Notes under the pieces: model-generated | What the model was told of the DNA's origin: nothing | The model's input: only the letters and a program-made list of their open reading frames with translations | Database searches by the model: none | Position numbers and translations under genes: made by a program | In this document: positions 39,201 to 51,322 of the stretch, one piece after another | Layout of the letters: each line of letters begins with the position of its first letter | How positions within the stretch are numbered: position 1 is the first letter of the stretch | Origin: Takakia lepidozioides | Lineage: Eukaryota > Plantae > Bryophyta | Assembly (NCBI GenBank): GCA_030704615.1 | Contig: CM060731.1 | Span: forward strand, 18,972,001 to 19,036,000 | Direction of reading: 5' to 3' | DNA length: 64,000 nucleotides

Positions 39201-42200
39201 ATTGTGTGCTGGAGAGTGTAGGCCCTATGTTGATTCATATTTTGAGTTTTCTTATTGCAACATTTTATCAAAATTTTGTTGTCTTTTATTTTATTTTCTA
39301 TATTTATTTATTTTAATTTACAGATGTATTAATCATAATATATAAATATTCACTGTCTAAAATGCCACCTCCGGATGCCGAAGGTGCATTCTGGGGATTT
39401 ATTCTCTTGCCTGATTCTTAGAAGATGCCTGGAAGATGCTTTGTTTTACCTGATATTTTCGTCGATTTTTTAGGTACATGCTATTTTAAGTATATTAAAT
39501 TATCGTTGAACTGTTTGTTATTTCAAATACATGTTATTTACTTTTCACATTTACCAATCATATGTTTTATGAATACAGTTTCTATTCTCTTTTAATATTT
39601 CCATAATATTTATAATTTGTATTAGTTGTTTACTATTGTTTTTTTTCTTCATAATTTTTGCCCGCATTAGTCTTCACATGTGCCACATGTCACATCCGCC
39701 ATAAACAGAATGTCACATTTATTTCCGTGGAAATGGTATATTAAGCACGGGTTGCCCTTTCTTATCCAGAATCTCACCCACCTTACTATTTCTGCTTACC
39801 CTAGAATGGAGCAAGGTGACCCTTCAAAACGATGTTATGATCTGCGAAGCAAATGTAACCCTAGTAGTAGTGTGTCAAGAGAGCAGACTTGCGGTGGTGG
39901 CCGTCAGAGGCGTGGTGGCCGTTCTCATTCATGAGAAATGGATGAGGTAAAGTTCTCTTTTCACTTTGTGTAATTCTCTTCCCCTGTTCTGTTGCTAGTT
40001 TACTGTGGGCTCTCTTGTAATTTGTGTTGTTACACTCTAGGCCCTCTTATTGCTTCTCTTGTTGCTTCTGGTATCGTAAGCTTCTGGTATCATAAGTTTT
40101 ACCTCTTAGGTTCTCTCTTGTGTTAAGCTTCTGGTTTAGAGCAACGTATACATTGGGGCTACTTTGCCCGTCTTGAGCACCTGGAGAAGGCTGCTGGAGC
40201 AATCCGGGCTTGTGCGTGTACCTCTGTTCCTCCTACATGCGAGTTTGGTTGCCGTCCTTGAGCATCGTCTCGGTTTTGCTTCTTTCTTGTAAGCTGCACT
40301 TCTGCTTTCTAGGTTTGCTTCTCGTGTTTAGTCCGCGTTGTTCGTGTACTCCTATTCCTCTTACATGCGAGTCTGTCCGCGTTGTTCCTGTACATTCCTC
40401 CTACATGCGACTCCGATTGCGAGTGTGCATGCCATCTGGTATTTTTCTTTTTTTCTCGTATGGTGCACGTTTGCTTTGTATGGTTGCTTATCCTATTTTT
40501 TCTTCCTCCTAAGCCATTGCATCTTGTTGCAGCTCCTCTTGTTTTGTTATTTCGGGCCTGCCATGCCCTTACACAACTTAGAGAGAGCGAAAGTGTGCTT
40601 CTCAGATCGTTGAAGGAGATAGAATGCTTCTGTGACATATTCACTTAGCCACATTGAGAATGGAATCACGACCTTGCACGCGGGCGGGCAAACAATCATT
40701 GTAACGGACACCATGGGCTAGGGTGCAAGTCCACCGGCTCTTCTCCCATTTACTGCACGACTGGCTCTCCCATATAATGCCTGCTTATGCATTGTGCCTA
40801 TCCTGCCTGCTTGGCGCACTTTGTTTTTCTGGAGTTTGGTTGCCGTCGTAGAAGCGAGTGGCCCACAAATCTAACATGAAACATTGGCTTCCATAAATGG
40901 TTGTTCTATGCGCTCTTCCTCCTCGCATGGTGTACCTATTCGGTTTTCTTGTAGATACTTGCTGCTCCACTTCTGTGTGCCTACAATGGGCTCTAGTAAG
41001 CCGCGGTAGTTGTTGTACCTTTTCATTTGCTTTATGCTTATGCGTACATTGTGTGCAGGATTTGGAGGGGGGCGGGAATTTCTCAGATGGAGGCCTTAGT
41101 AACCTCCTAGAGAGAGCGGACATTCTGCAGTCTTCTTTCACTCTTTTTTCCAATTCCAGATAGTTGTGAGAATGGATCAATGGAGGAGGGGGACTGTTAG
41201 CGACTCCTTACGTCGATCGGGCGTTGTTGCCGACTACAAGTGATCAGCTGGGGCAGGTACATCTGGCGGCTCCCACGAGAAAGGCCATCGCAGGTGGGGC
41301 GGGGGCAGACCAGCAGTCGGACTCAGAGGTACAATGTTTCTCCACTCCCCAAAAGCAGGTCACCATCAGGCCCAGGACGATTGTGCAGAGTAGCCCTGGA
41401 GCTTCTGTGACGGCTTCCACACTTGACCTGCCGGCAGCAACAACGCACTCCTTGTACAATGAACAGGAAGTGGGGGGGGGGGGGGTCGAGAGACCAACGC
41501 ACTTGCACTTGCATCTGTACCCGAGGAAATGTTGGAACAAGGTGATGCTATGAAGCAGTTACAGGTCCTTGATGATCACAATGCTAGAAACCTGCGTCCG
41601 TGGTGAATAAATTGGCAATTACTAAACCCACCCTGCCTCCAAATGTGCCCCTTTGCAGAATGATATTGAATCCCAAAATTAGGCCAATAGTTGGGGAGAA
41701 TGCAGGGGATGCATTGAGAGTGTATTTCTTAACAAATGGGTATGTGGAAGGTCGTGGATATTTCTTTTTGGCCCCTACAGACGAGGAGGAGATTCTTGCT
41801 TTGGTGACGGATGAGATTCGAGCGGGGTGGAGTGCCCATTGGAAACAAGTTAGCAATGAGTTTGATGCTGATTGCGAAGCGGATGCAAATTGGGCATGGT
41901 TGAAGAATCGGATGTTTTACGTATGGGATTGTAAGCACCGCTTGCACACGTGGTTGAAGCTTATCAATATCTTAAAGACAAATGAGAAACCATGGCATGT
42001 GCATGTGCAAGCGAAGATATTGTGATGCCAGGCCAGCACTATCGGCATGCTGAAAGCTGCCATGTTCCAAACCAATGCGTAAGGCTACTTTCCTGCTTGT
42101 TTTGATGACATTCACATGAAATGGATTTCCAAATGTATAGTCAACAAGATTGCAATTGAAAACCAATACGAATTGCATGTGTTGGTTGCAACATTAATGA

Positions 42201-44125
42201 GAAGGGGTTCGTGAAGACTGAGGACATCCACAACCTCTGGTACATTCAAATGATCGGCACAAGCCCTCTGGAGCAGTACAAAGGGCTCCTCACCAAACGC
42301 CACTACGACAAATCATTGGCGAAGGAAGCTGGAAAGACATGGAATACTATGACACAAGAGCCTATGATCGAGATTCTAGCCCGAGTACCCTGTCTTTTCA
42401 TTTTTGTGGCTTTCCGGTTGGTTGGAATCACAGATGTGGATGCATAGGGAGGATGCTAATAAACATTGATCGATTTGCATATAGGGGGACATAATGAAGG
42501 CAATTGCACATACAAAGATTAGGTACGAAGCCGAAACCCCAGAGGAAGAGAGGAACCGCGAAGGAATGGCTGTTGCAATAGTTGCAGCTAAAAATGCTGC
42601 CAAAGCTAAAGCATCTAAGCAGATGGCGAAGAAGCTTCCCATTTGCGATCCGGCCAACGGCCGGAGTTTTTGCCAACCCTACAGACTTGCCAAGAGGGGG
42701 GAAAAGAGTAGGCTTGGAGAGAGCCTACCTAATTGCAACTTCCGAGGTATCCCCAAAAGAGAAGCAGCGGTGGCTGCAGCTGCATATTGCAGCACCTGCC
42801 CAGCAGGCAGAGGCCTACTTTCCAGGAGCTGAAGGAAAGATCACTGACAAGATTATGGACAAGTGGTTGGCCAAGGAAACGTGGTGGTTTCAGGTGAGGA
42901 AATTTTTTGCCATGAAATATTTCAGTTTGTACTTATAACATCTGTTATGAGCATCTCTAAATAGTGCATATGATGGCAATAGGTTGCCACAGAGGCTATG
43001 GAGTTGTTCGCCAAGATCACAGAAACAAATGAGGGGGTGCACTTGCATTTGAGAAGTGGATATTTGAATGGAAGAAGAGGGCCTACAAGAAGTTGTTCAA
43101 GCCGGAGATCGAGTCCCATCGCAGGACAATGCTGTTGTTTGACGAATCAGGTGGACCTCGTGCTGCCAAAAGGCTGCTGTACAGATGCGAACTCACCCAT
43201 AATCCTACTCTTACCACACTCACCTGGTGCTCTCGTAAATATAATGACGCTTCTGAACCCTCTAACCTTCGTTGAAAAACATCCCGAGGTACATAGTAAC
43301 GTTCTGGCTTGTCCAAAACTACGGCCATAGAGAAGTCATATCCTCAATAGCAATGGACCTTCATTGGACAAAGGTGGATACAGGAAACCACATACTCTTG
43401 TTACCCACCTTCGCTCGACGCAGGTGGGTCGTATACTGCCCGTAATGCCCTTCCTCTTGAAAGGAAATTATTTTAATTTGTGATAGAGACTTTGATCCTA
43501 AACCCAATAACAAAAACACAAAACATATCCCTTATAAAGAAATAAGTTGTTTCAAGTCAACCAACATCGTTCACCCACCTTCGGTGGACGTAGGTGGGTC
43601 ATTGACCAACATCAACTAAATATGACTGGAAAGAAAATAATTAATTAATATGAAACAATGCTTATTTTTTAATTTACTCGAGGGGCCCCAATATAAAGTC
43701 ACCCTTTACCCTAAATTTAAGCATATACAAGGTTTTACTTTAATTAACTCTTGTCTCTCCAGCGCTATTTAGTATTCTCTCCAATCCTCTGTGAACCTAC
43801 GTGTCCTCGGGAGGCCCTAGTAAATGGCCAGATACGCAGTAAATCAGAGAAAAATAATTTTCTTCTTTAATTACATGATTTTTTTTTGTCCAGGTTATGA
43901 TATGGACCCTCAACCCTGCTGCCTCGTCACCCCACCTTCGGTGGACTTAGGTGGTTCCTAGGCAGGCCCATACAAGACATAAATTAAGGCATAAATGTGA
44001 GGAATTTAGATTTCATTGTCAAATTATTTTATTTCTCTTCGGGGATTATATACCCTCATGTATACCCTTATAGACCCTATACCCTCTTGTATCGTCACCC
44101 ACATTCGGTGGACGTAGGTGGGTAT
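36250..44125. repeat. Dispersed imperfect palindrome family CCACCTTCG-N6-7-CG(A/T)AGGTGG (about 12 copies)
   Basis: Copies near 36253, 36346, 36448, 38408, 38475, 38735, 39161, 39365, 43404, 43573, 43931, 44097. Confidence 0.8.
36916..37587 (+). CDS. Orphan ~223-aa helical/coiled-coil-like ORF, probably TE accessory
   Basis: Long open frame rich in E/R/L in AT-rich surroundings, among the palindrome copies; no recognised motif. Confidence 0.4.
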   Translation: MGSWSSPSSLLEVDGRSYVEELKQNVSTLRSCIISTTATIREEFDRILKEVERYYERDTNDGSYGELIHLLYDYKNLVVDVEGLCVHRHDLDKEIWEQENSRAAQVGLRKMDFIAYQEDLILHFRAENRRLHTEGQSRSRAAVEHKRRAIHFEQMLQHERSSRELNFEITAREHRVASLRLNTAALLRCTAVVLQKNDLIHLVEASSWGQSSIVVVATSSSCA

Positions 44126-45327
44126 CACGGTCCATGAATTCGTTCTTAATCCCCCCCATTTGTCTGATTAAGTGTTCTCACCCCCATTCATGCTATGTGA
44201 GGACCTTATTGCCCCAAAGGACGGTCCTCCAGGAGAGAAGGAGAAAATTACCCAGGTGGAGTCTAAGGTTGGTGAAGAGAATCTTGGAAGGCAACTCGGT
44301 GCTGTGCCGAACAACCGGAAGCTTCGACTGAAACAAGCCGTGGACACTGCTACTGCTTTGGAGGATGAAAGGGTGGCAGCTGTAGAATTAGCCATTGCGA
44401 AGAATAAAAGGAGACAGTACATTACAGTGAAGGGGAGGAATACAGGAGACAAAGCAACCACTGGCTCGGATCGTGGAGACTCTAAACTTGGAGGAAGTGC
44501 AAATGATGGGGAGCAGCTCAAGAAGAAAAGAAGGCATAGTGGGAGTAGTGGTGAGGACATTGTCTGGTCTGCAAGGTACATTGGTTCTCTTACAGCGGCT
44601 CCAGCTTCGAGTGTGTTGTGTGTTCAGGAGGATCTGGAGACATTGGCAAACTATGTAGATCTGGAAAGAAGGAGTCTTTGCTGCCAATATTTTTTTCTGT
44701 GAGCTTCCAGACGGTCATGTTATTGATCCTGTTGATCCTGCAGTAGGCAGTGAGGCTGGTCATGTTCTTGTGTGGAATGAGAATTCATATGAGAACATGC
44801 TCAACGCATTTGACATTGCATACCATTTCCTGGATGACAACGGATGTTTTATTTTGGTCGCGCCAACCGATCTCCGTACGGCGATTCGAAGGCACACAAT
44901 AAAAAAAAAGATATGATAGTGTTCAGGACTTGGACGTGCATCAATGACAAACAATTGAGGTGTAATACAGGAAAGGTAATCCCTTTTTTTATGCCTTGCA
45001 ACAGTTTTGTACATTACTCTATAAGTGTTTCAAATGTAATCATTTCCTATGACCCTGCACAAACGCTATTCTTCGACGTCCATTGTTTGGTGCTCAGGAC
45101 CTGCACAGGATTTGAAATCAGTGACCAAGGCTGTGTGCTATCGAAATATCCGGAGTGTTTCTCCGCTAATATGTTGCGGCATTTTCTACCCACATCTGAG
45201 ATGACAATGTCACCAAATGGTTCTCCTTATAGAGGTCGCAAGGAGAAGTCCCCCGCATTCTACCAGTCAATCATGGAGCTATGTTCAGCTGAGGGGGCCA
45301 AGGTTTTGGATTTGACTGCTTCGACAG
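41172..45327 (+). pseudogene. Spliced, degenerate gene with N-terminal ParB/Srx-like domain and C-terminal beta-class amino (N6-A/N4-C) DNA methyltransferase; cut off by an insertion at 45328
   Basis: MFYVWDCKHRL (DGxHR-like) at ~41913-41945; ANIFFCELPDG (motif IV position) ~44683-44715; AYHFLDDNGCFIL; EKSPAFYQSIMELCSAEGAKVLDLTAST (motifs X and I) at ~45243-45326. Confidence 0.65.
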
Positions 45328-46731
45328 TGATGAGCCCTGAGCACGCGCGGTCAGGGTAACGGCATAGTAGTCTAGGGGGGGCCAAGGTAAGTTGCGGTGT
45401 AGGTTGGGCTCACTGAACTGCCTACCCAACTGCGGTTAGTGCAGGGGCTCCGTGGTCGTACATGGTGGCTATGATCAATATCTAAGTCCTACCGGCAAAG
45501 ATAAATCACGTACTCCTCTTCACAGGGCGAGTTTGCGTTTCTAAGTCCTACGGTATCCTATAATCTACTCAGTAATTGCCTTCCAAGTCTTTGTGTTTTT
45601 ATTGGCTAATTCCTACCGCCTAGGCCCCAGAGCCGTCTATAGTCGAGACATGTTTTAATCCCTTCACAAGGCACCTCCCGAGCCTAGGGAGGAGAGGGAA
45701 AATCGTCCTCTCCAACTGCCCCTCCTTCGCCGAGGGCTTGAGTTCAAGTCACCTCTAAATGGAAGGGCCAACGCTTCCTACCCCGGTGCCTAAATACTTT
45801 GTTTTAGCAACGGAGTGGCCAAAATGCCTATCATCATCCAATAGGTTCACTCAATTCAATAAGGTGGTTCTAAGCCCCTCGACTCAACAAATTCAATCAG
45901 TTTAATCAACACCCTGCAGGCTATAACGAGCACCACGTTCATCTATCCTAATTAAGCAATTTCGCAAATTAGAAATGCTCGAAAATAAAAGAAATTAAGA
46001 AAATCAGGAAAAATACCTCCCATATGGGAAATCATGTGGGGAATCCAAAGATACCCTTGGGGCCTAAAGATGCCCTTGGGAACCCCATGGGAATCCAATG
46101 AGAAGCGATGAACACCCAGGAACCGTTCCTTGCCACGGGGAACTGCCGCGGCTCTATTGGATGAATGAATATCGCTAAGAGCTCATCCCTGCAATTACAT
46201 TCGTTAGTCCAGAACATGCATGCGTAAATAATAAAACAACCACTGGTGGGTCCAAGCCAGATTTCACCCCCTTACATTATTTTAAGGCGCTGGTGCGTTT
46301 TCCCTCCGTGGAAAAAGTCATCCTCTACCTTGGGCTCTGACACAAAGGCTCACTGTAGCCGAGTTTTTAGGACAGAGTACTTTCTCTCCTCCCTTGTCTC
46401 ACGAGGTCTCCGCCTCTAGCTCACTGCCCTCAGACTGGCTTGGCTCTCTCTTGGAGTCCTAAGAACGCTCCCCTCCAAGGCTACGTCCTCTCAAAATCCT
46501 AGATTTTATCTATCACTGGCGCCTTAGATAATGGCTCCTAACCCTTAGAGGGGTATAAATTGAATCTAATAGCTAAAGGTAAGAATACCCCCCCAAACGC
46601 ATTGCCCACTGGGTAAAACGTCGCCACCACGTGGCGGGGCGCAGATTCGTGCGTAGCGGTCCAAACCGCGGAACGCTGTGGTTAACGCTAGCGTCCGCCG
46701 GTCCGTCTCAACTTTTGGTTATCCAGCGGGT
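45328..46731. mobile_element. LTR-like non-coding sequence inserted into the methyltransferase gene
   Basis: Starts TGATGAGCC exactly where the MTase motif I breaks off; no ORFs; itself interrupted at 46732. Second end not seen. Confidence 0.5.
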
Positions 46732-49700
46732 TGTCGTGCGCATACATATCACTACACAACTACATCGGTGTCCAAAACCACACAACACATGTGCACACCA
46801 CACACTAGTATACCACTAGTCCACCACTAATCCAACCACTAGGCTACAACTAGTCAGTCACTAGGCTACCATTATGCTGCCCACTATGACAATCACTAGT
46901 CCACACAATGATAAAGAAGAAGAATACAAGCACAAGCTCATGCGAGCTCACAAGCTAAAGCATAAACTCATGCATATATAACCTCATCACTCAAATACAA
47001 GTCAAGCCAAGTGCACCCCACGCCATGGGGAATCCACACTACAGCGCCATAGCTAGGTGCGGTGAGGCTCAACTCGAGAAAGATGAGCCTCCCGCGCTTG
47101 CCGTGAAGATAACCACCCCAGGGCCTAAATCTGCCTTGACCCCTGGATTGACACTTGGGCCAATCCCAAATGTCAATATGTAAAAGCTAGCTATTTCCTA
47201 GCTAGTTTCACACTAGTGGTAAAATAACTTGACAGCTGTCGTGCGCATACATATCACTACACAACTACATCGCTGTCCAAAACCACACAACACATGTACA
47301 CACCACACACTATTATACCACTAGTCCACCACTAGTCCAGCCACTAGGCTACAACTAGTCAGTCACTAGGCTGCCACTATGCTGATCACTATGGCACTCA
47401 CTAGTCCACACAATCGCCCCCCTAGCTGGTGCTTAGGTCCTTCTACGTCTAGGTAGCCACAAAATGTGATAGTGACCATATAAGCCTCACTAAGTCCTCC
47501 ACCACTGTCCCTACTATACTCAAACTCGATAGATCAAGAGGCCGGGTGCAAGAGTTGCCCCATCGTTAGTCGCCGTCTTGCAACCTGTGAACTTGAGCCT
47601 GGGATCTCGTGTATTGACTCCTATAAGCTTGGCCTCCCATGTCTTGTTAGCTGTCTCTAGTCATATCCACTACCACTATCCCAAGCAGTGTGGACATAAC
47701 CAATCTCCATCAGGAACCCTCTCAAGAGGTGGTGTCAAGCATCCCATGTGTCAGCCTCTTGAGCATCGATCACACACTAGCATAGTGGCTGCCCTTTTGG
47801 CAGACCCACAGAACATGCACCTCAAACCTACAGGTACCACTGCCAAGTTTGGGTCAACTCTGCCATCGACATTGGGAAGGTGACATGACGCACAATTACG
47901 CACATGGTCCTTCCAAGTCATGCCATCCCGACCCTCCAAGATCAGGACTCCTGAGGGCAACACCTCTCGAACCCTCAGAATAACACGCCCTCCAGGGTTG
48001 TAGGAGCAGTCTGCTGCAAATAAACATAGTCACCAGGGCTAAACCTCCGAACCCCAGGACGATATCCTCCACCACGTATAGTGGCATACCTCAATGTATC
48101 ACGGTGCTAGTGTGCAATGGCAAGGTTCTCAAAAGCCATGGGCATGACTTTCTTGAACAACTCTGCACGCTGATCACATGCACGTACCCACACGTCCGGA
48201 TCATCAAGGTTAAGGACTTGAGCAGTGTCCATACGAATGGCTGCAGGCAAATCCGGCTCTCGGCCAAAGAGAAGGAAATACGGTGAGAATGAGGCAAGTG
48301 ATGCTTGTTTGCTGAACCTGTAGCCCAGGGCTAACCAAGGCACCTGAAGATCCCAATCTCCTAGGTGTCCATTCTGCAAGCCATACTTGCGCAAACCCCT
48401 CTTTACCGTCTGAACAACTCTCTCTGCCAAGCCATCGGCCTCAGGATGATCCCGAGAAGTGGTGCGGTGGTCTATCAAGGCTTTATCACACAAAGCCTGA
48501 AACTCCCCCAAGAACTCTTTCCCTTGGTCCGTGAGTACCTCAGCGGGAGCACCGAATCGGCTAAGCACACGATCCAAGAATGCATACGCAGCCCCCTCAT
48601 TAGCCTTGTCAGGCAATGGAACCAACTCAATCCACTTGGAGAAGTGCTCCACCATCACCAACACATATCTGTGGTGGCGCATAGTCAGTGACAACGGTCC
48701 TGCAAAGTCAAGACTCCACCTGTAGCCCAATCCCATGATTGGTAAAGGATGCAACTATAGTGTAGGGGCGTTGAATGAAGCATGCACCCTGTCACACACC
48801 ATGCACCTAGCCACGAAGTGTTGCACCTCTGTATACATACCACGCTACCAATATTGCCCTTGCAGTAAACTGTGAGTGTGTCGCACTCCAAAATGCCCCA
48901 ATTCCTCATGGGCATGCCGCACTAACCGTGCACGCTGTGTTGGGTGAGGCACAATCCTCACCCGACCATCCTCCCACACTCGGAGCAACTGTATCATTTC
49001 CCACTTGAACCTCTTGGCTCGTTGCAGGATCCGATCCCTCTCCGTGGCAGTCACAGTGACTGTCGTGTCTCCCGTGCAGAGGTAGTCCAACACAGCCGAA
49101 TCCTAGCTTCTGCAGCGTTATTCGAGTAGCTAGCATAAGCTACTATGAACTCTCTTCCCTCATCATCCACCTATGTGAGCACCGCTCCAAGCCCCAATAT
49201 GCTCCAATCCGTATGCAGTTGAAAGGGATGCCCCCTGATAGGTCGTCTCAGGATAGGTGCCGAGGTCAACCTCGCCTTGAGCTCTTGAAAAGCTCGTTCC
49301 TGCTCATCTTCCCACTGCCACTCCTGGTCCACCTTGGTCAGCTTGATTAGAGCCTTAACAATGGCACTAAATCCCTTGACAAACCGTCTATAATAGTTTG
49401 CCAACCCCATGAAAGCTCGAACTCGGTTCACATCCGTTGGGCGTGGAATTTGTGCAATGTCCTCTACCTTAGTCTGCTATACCCCCAATCCTCCAGGATA
49501 TATCCTGTGACCCAGATATTCAATCTGGTTGTGGAAAAACTTGCACTTCCCCGGATGCAATTTCAATCCGTGCGCTCTCAAGCGCTCCAATACCACCTGA
49601 AGGTGTCTCTCGTGCTCCTCCACCGTAGCACTAAAGATGATGATGTCATCTATGTAGCACCGAGCAAAGTCCACCCCTGCTAGAATCCTATCCATGATTC

Positions 49701-50498
49701 TCTGAAACTCTGCAAGAGCGTTCTTAAGCCCAAATGGTAAGAACCGCCACTGATATATGCAATCCTTGCCGTGCTCATTGATCCCCCAGAATGTCGTCTT
49801 CTGCTTGTCCGCCTCCTTTGATCGGCAACTGGTGATATCCGGATCGTAAATCCAAGTGCTAAAAACCTTAGCATGCCCGATGGCATCAAAGATCTCCTCT
49901 GGTGTTGGCATGGCATACTTATCGGACTTGGTCTGACGATTTATAGGCCGGTAATCACCGCACATACGTCTCTCCGTCCAATTGCCATAGACATCTTTCT
50001 TGGCTGGCATCACTGTGGCTGAAGCATACTCTCCACCAGAGAGCTCCACCAAACCTGCCTCCTAGAGATCTTGAGTCCTCATCTGAATCAAAGACCTCTC
50101 CATGTCACTGTATCTATAGGATCTCTGAAAGATTGGCGTGTCAATGGCCAACTCAATACGGATCTCTTGACCCTTCAGTGCTCCCAAGTCCTTCAAACTG
50201 AAGGCAAAGCAATTCCTATAAGCCATCAGGAACCGCCGTATACGTCGTCTCTCTCCTCCGGTGACAATGGGTCCAATGTCAGGCTCCCAATTGTCCTCCG
50301 TAACTGCAACCTTAAGTCCAGTGGGCTTAGAGGTGGAGGACGCGTCCAGTGGTTGCTATGTTGCAACCTCTTGAGCAGTATTCCCTACCTGCTCAGTCAA
50401 TGACAAGGCCTCATCCTGCCCCACCATCTCATCCTCGAGGACTTCCTCAACCTGAGAAAAATCCCTAACCTCATCCATCACCGCCACCTTGGCTGCCG
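46732..50498 (-). mobile_element. Second, diverged, 5'-truncated member of the split-repeat Ty3/gypsy family (RT, partial RNase H, integrase-PHD, A-gc-B-A end)
   Basis: A copies at 46732-46909 and 47237-47414; B at 46910-47234; GACAGCTGTC at 47231-47240. Pol is clearly homologous to 24184-27460, with an internal deletion near 49100. Confidence 0.93.
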
Positions 50499-50719
50499 AG
50501 GTTTGCTATTTCATGAGCCATGAGCGGCATGAGCAGAGTAGTAACACAATCGGTTTTTATGAGCAGAAGTACAAATTTCGAAAATAAAAAACAATAAAAA
50601 ACAATAATTTAATGTAATGTGTCAGGAAAAACAAATATATTATTCGGCCCCTTGAAGGGAAAATTGCAGTTTTGACAGTTGTGCTCATGATATTTCGTCT
50701 TCCGCTCATGCCAATTCCC

Positions 50720-51170
50720 AGCGACATGTGCAAATATGGCGCCGAATTTCGCGGTAATAGGGTCCGTAACCTGAAAAAACGGCGACGTATTTCGCGGTAA
50801 TAGGTCTCTCTGGCGAAAAATGGTGCCGAATTCCGCGGCTATAGGTCCCTTCATGACAGGTAATTCGGCGCCATTTTTCCAGTGCATGTTCGGACTTAGC
50901 CAGTTTTCGGCGCAAAATAGGGAAATTCGGCGCCATTTTTCCAGACACTGTACCAGTGCATGTTGGGACTTAGCCAGTTTTCGGCCCGAAAAAGAGAAAT
51001 TCAGTGCCATTTTTCCAGACACGGTACCAGTGCATGTTGGGACTTAGCCAGTTTTCGGCCCCAAAAAGAGAAATTCGGCGCCATTTTCCCAGACACAGGT
51101 ACCGGTGCATGTTGGGACTTAGCCAGTTTTCGGCCCCAAAAAGAGAAATTCGGCGCCATTTTTCCAGAAA
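50720..51170. repeat. Tandem ~62-bp repeats containing AAATTCGGCGCC, downstream of the Mutator-like transposase
   Basis: About four units of CCAGTGCATGTTGGGACTTAGCCAGTTTTCGGC...GAAATTCGGCGCCATTTT plus shorter degenerate units. Confidence 0.9.
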
Positions 51171-51322
51171 TGGCCCCACAACTGCTTCTGTTGGATCTCA
51201 GTTTGAATGGAATATTGCCTCATTCCAGGAGTTTTGGGGTGCATTTCATTACACTGCAAAAAAAAATCTGATACATGAAAATGCAATTGAAAATATCCAT
51301 ATGGAGGATTCCGTTTGCCCCA

